This document shows, in pieces, positions 57,421 to 64,000 of a stretch of DNA of 64,000 nt; position 1 is the first letter of the stretch, and every line of letters begins with the position of its first letter. The notes under the pieces are model-generated. The model was given only the letters and a program-made list of their open reading frames with translations, was not told where the DNA came from and made no database searches. Source of the stretch: Heteronotia binoei (lineage: Eukaryota); assembly GCF_032191835.1 (NCBI RefSeq), contig NC_083229.1, positions 75,454,001 through 75,518,000 on the forward strand, in the 5' to 3' direction. The position numbers and the translations under genes are program-made.

Positions 57421-60400
57421 TTTTGCTCTAAGATGGCCTATGGTGTACGCACCTACTTCCCTGTTCTGTATTGGTACTTGGTGCACACTTACTGATTTGT
57501 TGATGTATTTGTACCATGTTTCTCAATTCAATAAAGCATTTTAAAGATCTAAAAAAAAGAAGAAGAGAGAGAGAGAGCTGCTTATGAAGCCACCTTGGCT
57601 TCATAATCATATATGTCTGATTATGTACAACTTTTCTCTTCCCCAAGACTGCAAATTCCAAAATCACATGGTCACTACTACCCAGCATGCCCACTGCTTC
57701 CACATTATCAACCAGTTCTTCCTTGATGGTGAGAATCAAGTCCAAGATAGCAGATCTTGTTTCCTTCTCCACTTTCTGGAAAATGAAGTTGTCAGCAAGA
57801 CTTGTCAGGAATTTATTTGACCTTTCATATTTAGCAGCATTGGACTTCCAATTCCAACACATGTCAGGGTAGTTGAAATCTCCCATGACCACTGTGTCTC
57901 TTCTCTTGGAGAATTTAGCAATCTGTTGTAGGAGAATCTCATCTAAGTTCAATGCCTGGCTTGGGGGTCTGCTATAGACCACTGTTATTTCTTACTCCTT
58001 TTATTTTTACCCGGAGACTCGCAACTGAACTGCCATGCTCAGATTCACAAATTTCCTCACAAGTATATACCTCCTCCATATAGAATGCTATGTCTCTGCC
58101 CTTCTTTATTTATCTGCCCCTTTTAAATAAATTGTATCCCTCAATCCTAATATTCCAATAGTGAATGTCATCCCACCAAGTTTCGGTAATAGATCATAGT
58201 CCCTTTCTTGTATTAGGACTTCCAGTTTCTCCTGCTTGTTTCCCATACTCTGTGCATTAGTGTAGAGACATTGGAATCCATGTTTTATACACCCTGAAGT
58301 TTTTGTCCCCTTATGTACTTGCAAGTTAATGTTACTTAGTATATGTGCCACTCCCCACAAAACTTTAGCATTCTTATCTCCATTTATTGCCATTATGCTA
58401 GGCTTTGAATTAGGAGATAGACCCCAGCCTACTTCAAAGGTGAGAGAGGTGACTACCCCCCCCCCCCTTAAGGAGGTATTAACAATCTCTTGAACTCAAT
58501 TTGCCAGTGCACCCTCCCACCAGCAGAATTAAGTAAACAGGAAAGGCAGGAGTCATTTAAGCATGTGGTATGCTTCAAACCTACAATGATCCTGTCCACA
58601 TCCTCAGATTGAATAAATTGAAATTTATCCCAAACAGCTGGTTAGTGCTGTGGCACCAGCTGACTTTATCACTGCTAATGTACAGTTCAAGTCAGAATGG
58701 TTGTGAGAGATTTCATCTGCAAAGCGCTGACCAAAATAGTCACAGCAGGCCACATCCTACCTCATCCTACAGGCTAGTACCTCATCCTATAGGCCAGTAC
58801 CTTATCCTACAGGTCAGATTCCAATTAGGGATTCAGAATCTGAACAACTGAACTAGGGCACTAAAGATGCTCTTTTGCCTGGAGCTCCATTTGGTTTGGG
58901 GCTCTGTTAATGTTAGGGCTAGTGAGTATCATCTCCCCTGGAATGTTGCAATTGCCACTGCTCCCTGCTTATGTGCAGCTGCATTAAACAGCTCTGAATC
59001 ATGCTATGTTTTTAACTATATACAGACCATGCCTTTACAGTCTTACAGTCCTTCATCCTTCTGATCCCTTCATCTAGTTGGTCTTCTTAAACTGTGTTTA
59101 CAAAATGGATACTAATATTGAAAGCTAGAAATTTGCCTTAGGCAAATTCAGTGGCTGAAAGATACTGTAAATACATTATGACAATAGTATCATAAAAATA
59201 AATAACCATATTAACAATGTAATTCTAAACCAAGTTATTCCAGTCTAAAGCCATTAGTTTCAATAGGCTTCAACTGGAATAATTTTGCTTATGATTATAA
59301 TGTAAAATGTGTTATTAATCTCTTCTGTAATGACTCTGTCTGAGTGTGCCAGAGAATAATGCTTTTCGTAAATATTTCAGTACAATTTCCCTAAGAACCT
59401 GTGGATACACTGTGGTGCATTTATCAAACATCTACCAGATGACCAATCTTCTAAATCTTTCTAAGAGTCAAAGCTGTTTATCAGCTTCTGATAGTAAATC
59501 TAAGCTCGGAGAAGAAAGTCTTGCCATTTTCTCTTCAGGAATTAAACTCCTAGTGTTATCCTGAGGCAAGAGTCCCAGGGACTGCAAATGGAGTCTGCTG
59601 GTGGGTATTGTGATGAATAAGCTGATGGATGTATGCTGCAGACTAGTTATCTATCTCACCAGGGCTGGGTAGTTTTGGCCTGAGGAGTGTTTATTTGTGT
59701 TCCCTACAGGAATGATGATTTTGCGGATTAAAGATATCTGTATTACTTAGGTACAAAATAAATCCATCCTCCCGAGGACATGTAAGATTCTGGATGTTGC
59801 TGATCTAACATCTTCTAACATGAGATGCTGGTGAGAATGTTCTCTAGAGATGGAATATATTTGAGGGTGACTGACTACAAGCAGCATGAAAACATCTTTT
59901 CTTTCTGTTGCCACAGATATTAGTTCAAAAGAAATTCTCTGTACTCAAAAATTTGCATATTTGAGTAACAGGGACTACTAAGGTCTGCTGGGTATGTGTA
60001 CATGTGCCTCTGCCAACTTGACTGGCATTTGAAAAATCTCCAAGGCTATTATACTGAGCCAGGACAAGGTTCTCAGATCTTAATTTGGAATTTATATTCT
60101 TTATCCAGGGCCTGAATACCTGTTGGATACAATTGGAATTACAGGAAACTGATCTATGTTGGCAGCACAATTTAGAGCAAGTAATTATGTACCAGTAATC
60201 CTGACCAGACTCACAAACCTGATCGGCTTTTACTTTTTTTTTCTTTTTTGCATAATCCCTTGATTTGAAATATTTGAGTGTACATGCTTCTAAAACATTG
60301 TTCTCAAGAGCATACTTTTTAAAAGGTGTAATAACAAGTGAATGCATCAATGAGACTTGATTGAGTTGAAATAAATATTACTTCAAACATTAGCAATTAA

Positions 60401-61607
60401 CAATTCTCTCTTACAAAGAGACTTGAATAAGTTGAAATAAATATTACTTCAAACATTAGCAATTGTGCCATATCAAATGGATTAAAGAGTAAAGATTAGA
60501 AGACTGAACATTAAATATTTGGAAGCAAAGCCAGTGTGAATCAACACCATGGCTTCCATATATAGACGCTTCCAAGTTAAAAATTTTAGGTGTACTCAGA
60601 TTGTGAGTATTTGCCATAAATTTTTTCGCTGATTTTGAAAAAATAAAATCAATAATGAGGAAACAAAAAAACATTCTCTAATCTAGGCTGGGTGGGAGGA
60701 TATACTGTGAGAATCATCATGTCAATCTTCTGCTCATTTTTGTGTGAAAACATGCAAAATGGATTAAGTAATCATCCTAGCATTCTTGATATCATAATAT
60801 ATTATTTATTATAGTCCCAACAAGGATAATGTTAGAATAATGTTGATGAGTGATACCATGATAGGTAGGTGGCAACATAACTGCAAGTGACTTGGTAGGA
60901 ATGGTGGGTTTTGTTTTGTTGGCTTTCTTCCCCTAAGGCTGTTGGATGTTAAAGAAGCAAAAGTTCCCGACCAGAGTATATTTAGGTAGCAGTGACCACT
61001 TTTGCTGGACCTAAATTTCCTGGACCCATCTAGTTAATGCAGGAGAGAAATCAGAATGGCATAGCACAATCTCATCAAATCCTGGAAGCTAAGTAAAGTT
61101 GGTACTTGGATCAGAGACCACCAAGGAAGATTCTGCAGAGGAACACAATGGCAAAACACCTTTGCTTCTTACTTGCATTGAAAGACCTTGCTCTCTTTTT
61201 CAATTCAGTTACCTTTATTGGGATAAGATACATTTCAGTCAGATGAACATTAATGAGGGTACTATTATAGTTAAGACACTTAACTCAGTATAAAATAGAA
61301 CATCATAAAATTAGCCCTAAGTTGGTTTAAGAATGACACTATGTAAATAAACAGCTGCTTGAAGAAACCTAGCCACAGTTTCAGTGACATTTATTTTGGA
61401 ATTATTAAGAAATAATAGTTTCTGAGAAGCAGGTAAGTCAGAGATGCCACTTAAAATAGAAGACAAGATACTCTGCTGAATGTTAGAATAATAAGGGCAT
61501 TTCATTAAGAGATGCTAAACTGTTTCTATAGATTCACTTAAACAAGGGCATTATCTGTTGGAAAAGGGAATGCCACTAAACCTTCCAGTTAAAATTGCTG
61601 AGGGAAG

Positions 61608-61914
61608 TGTTATGTATAAAGGTTTAGTATGGGTTTCCTGCCTGGCTCATTGGAGCCATGAGAGCAGAGCTTGGGGACTTGGGAACAATGGGCAGTAGGA
61701 TCCAAATACCTGCTGCCCTATACCTATCATAGGCCCCCTGCCTGTTTGAATGACCCAATAACATGCTTGTGTGGGAAACAGTAGTTGTATATAGGTTGGG
61801 CCCGTAGGCCTGTTCTAAGTCTTTTTAGTGCAGTCATCTACCATGCTGCCTCTAATAAAGAGCTGTTATCACTGTTGCCTCTTCTCCTCAATGTGTTGAA
61901 CCCACTATTTTATA
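61608..61914 (+). repeat. 5' LTR (~307 bp)
   Basis: Starts TGTTA, has AATAAA near 61854, ends TTATA (probably TTACA) immediately before the PBS. The partner LTR is outside the window. Confidence 0.65.
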
Positions 61915-61915
61915 G

Positions 61916-61933
61916 TGGCAATGAAGGTGGGAT
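61916..61933 (+). promoter_or_regulatory. Primer binding site, compatible with a tRNA-Ser(GCU) 3' end
   Basis: TGGCAATGAAGGTGGGAT versus a recalled TGGCGACGA(A/G)G(G/A)TGGGAT. The differences at positions 5 and 7 look like CpG decay. Confidence 0.55.
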
Positions 61934-62245
61934 CCTGGTAGATGACCCAGCAACCGATACTACGCTGTGCCTCGCAGCAGCAGCTGCTCCAGCTCCGCGC
62001 ATCGCACCACCATCGCTGAAGTAGTTCACCAAGTCAGGACCAGAGATGAGTGAGGAGCAAGCATCCAGCTCCTCCAGCACCTCCGCATCAACAATGGCTC
62101 CTCCAGGGCCCAACCCCGACCAGGCCACTGCGCCTGGCCTGCATGGGCACCTTCCGGAGTTCAATCCCGCTCAGCTGGAGTGGTGGGAGAGATGAGAGAA
62201 GAGGCTAAACTTCTATCTCCTCTACCATGACATCACAATGAGCTA

Positions 62246-62860
62246 ATGAAGAAACAGCTTCTGCTCAGCCTCTGTGGAGAGGACAAACTGGAGTTAGTGG
62301 AGAACCCGATGTCACCCATGTTGCTGACCAACAACACTGCCACCTACCAGATCATCACGGAGAAGCTCACAGAGCATTTCTCACCCTGGCCAATGCAGTC
62401 GGCCGGGCGCCTAGAATTCCACAAGCGGGTACAAAAGGCAGACGAGCCTGTCATCACATTCCTGGCAGAGCTGTGCTGCCTCTCCCTGAAGTGCGCCTTC
62501 GCTAAACTTGACAAAGCTCTACTGGACCATTTTGTGTCTGACCTCCAAAACAAGAAGCTACAGGTGAAGCTGATGAGACACAAGACCCTCACACTGGCAG
62601 ATGCCCTGAGTGAGGCGGCCACCTATGAAAAATTGCACAAAGAGCAGTGCACAACAGGAGCGCAGGCCACCAGTAGGTAAAACATGGAAGACTCCAGTGA
62701 GGAAGACATGCTAAAGACACACCAGGCCTCGAAGTGCCAACTCAGCCTGCCCCGATGAGACTATGGAGTAGCTGCGGGGAAGCCCACGAGCGTCATTCCT
62801 GCAAGTTCAAGAACGCAATCTGCCACACGTGTGGAAAGACCAAACATCTAGCCCCTATTT
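62246..62860 (+). pseudogene. Gypsy gag (capsid-like region and zinc-knuckle remnant)
   Basis: LTEHFSP...RLEFHKRVQ.ADEPV..FLAEL...KC.F...LLDHFV; downstream C..CGKTKHLAPIC near 62820-62860. Confidence 0.7.
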
Positions 62861-62931
62861 GTTGGGTGAGGTCATTGTGCCATGGGTGCACCTCGTGACA
62901 GAAAGATGACTGCCACCACAAGGTCACACTT

Positions 62932-64000
62932 GTGGAAGACATCCAGGTGCTCACCATGGTGGGGGATCAGGTATGCCAGCTTCCCATGCCCTCCTCTGAC
63001 AAATACAAGGTGACTGTACTAATAGAGGACAGTCCCTGCAGTATGGAGGTAGACTCCAGGGCGGGCCAGACAGTTATATTGTGCCTGGGGAGGGAATCCC
63101 AGCTGTCCTTGTACCTGTTCATAGTCCGCGACTTCCAGAAGAGGGGGGTTGCCATCCTGGGGGTGGGAAAGGTCCACATAAAATATGGGCAGTTTGGGGG
63201 CAGGTTTTCCCTAATAATAGTGGAGGGAGATCTGTACAGTTTACTGGGGTGGTCTTGGTTCGAGGCCCTGGGAATTTGGGTAATGGGTATCCACCATGAC
63301 TCTTCCCTGAAAGATTTCCAGAGGGTGTGCGAGGAATTCCCCGCCATTTTCGATGGCACCTTGGGAACATACACCAAAAACCCTGTGACACTACAACTGG
63401 ACCCCAATGTGCAGCCCATTAGGCTGAAGGCCTGGCGTGTCCCCCTAGCACTAAGACCCAAGATTGAGGAGGAGTTAGACTGCTTCAGGGATACTAGCCC
63501 AAGGGATACTGGAGCCAGTGGCAAACGCCAAATTGGAAACCCCAATAGTCACCCCAAATAAGCCCAATGGCAATGTGAGCATTTGTGCTGATTACAAATG
63601 CACAATTAACAAGGCACTCCAAGGCCATGCTTTTCCAGTGCCAGTGGTTGGTCATGTACTGGCCTCTCTAGTGGGGGCTAAGATTTTCAGAAAGCTTGAT
63701 TTGGCTCAGGCATATCAGCAGCTTCCGGTGGATGCCGCCAACCGCAGAGGCCCAAACCATCGTCATGCACAGGGAGGCTTTTCGGGTCAAATGGCTGCAG
63801 TTTGGCATCAGCGTGACCCTGGGGATCTTCCAGAACTTAATGGACTCTCTCCTTAAAGGGCTTCCTGGGGTTCAGCTGTTCTTTGACGATATGCTGATTG
63901 TCACAACCACAGAGGAGGAATTCGCATCCCAGCTCTGGGCCGGATTGCAGCATTTCGACGGGTGGGGTTGAAGGTTAAAAGGAAGAAGTGTGAGTTGGGG
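62932..64000 (+). pseudogene. Gypsy pol: aspartic protease and RT (frameshifted)
   Basis: MEVDSRAG (DSG-like), LYSLLGWSWFEAL, PIVTPNKPNG..ICADYK, KLDLAQAYQQL, QFGIS, FFDDMLI. Confidence 0.8.

Larger units (their letters stand above)
51539..57571 (+). mobile_element. Young full-length L1 (~6.03 kb)
   Basis: Perfect 15-bp TSD AGAGAGCTGCTTATG (51524-51538, 57572-57586). Short CpG-rich 5' UTR, ORF1, ~880-bp spacer, ORF2, AATAAA near 57530, A/GA tail. Confidence 0.95.
50196..58400 (-). mobile_element. Degraded CR1 LINE (APE 57587-58393, RT 50196-50480) interrupted by an L1 (51539-57571) and an L2 tail (~50560-51180)
   Basis: [44 protein letters not shown]; RT TQRVLVNG...GVPQGSVLGP.LFNIFINDL...KFADDTK. 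Confidence 0.85.
61608..64000 (+). mobile_element. Gypsy/Ty3 LTR retrotransposon, 5' part (degraded; runs off the window)
   Basis: LTR, PBS, gag, protease and RT in the expected order. Confidence 0.85.

Noticed and set aside
59346-60350. Possible host exons (ORFs 59346-59564 +, 59925-60350 -, a 72-nt AG...GT candidate near 60108-60179)
   Set aside because: No recognisable protein and no consistent exon chain. RNA-seq or tBLASTx would be needed.
60352-60464. 66-bp period duplication
   Set aside because: A simple local duplication with no functional signal.

Overview
Eukaryotic, squamate-like genomic DNA (repeat families suggest a lizard, possibly a gecko; this is inference). The window is almost entirely transposable elements, and I could not support any host gene. 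Main contents: two divergent tyrosine-recombinase (DIRS/Ngaro-type) retrotransposons, 7822-13745 (-) and 25469-30744 (+), each with the order gag - RT/RNaseH - YR - SGNH hydrolase; several L1 copies with perfect TSDs, including a near-intact 6 kb copy at 51539-57571 and an L1 nested in another L1; CR1, L2 and Rex1/Babar LINE fragments; a 5'-inverted Penelope-like insertion with two hammerhead-ribozyme-like motifs; a composite hAT non-autonomous element (40230-43814, 8-bp TSD) carrying hairpin minisatellites, a tandem array of CR1 3' ends and a ~900-bp palindrome; and the 5' half of a Gypsy LTR element. The most interesting signal: in both YR retrotransposons the AUG-less SGNH hydrolase is preceded by a phase-1 splice acceptor, and a phase-1 donor lies about 110-124 codons into gag. 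This predicts a spliced Gag-N-terminus/esterase fusion protein.
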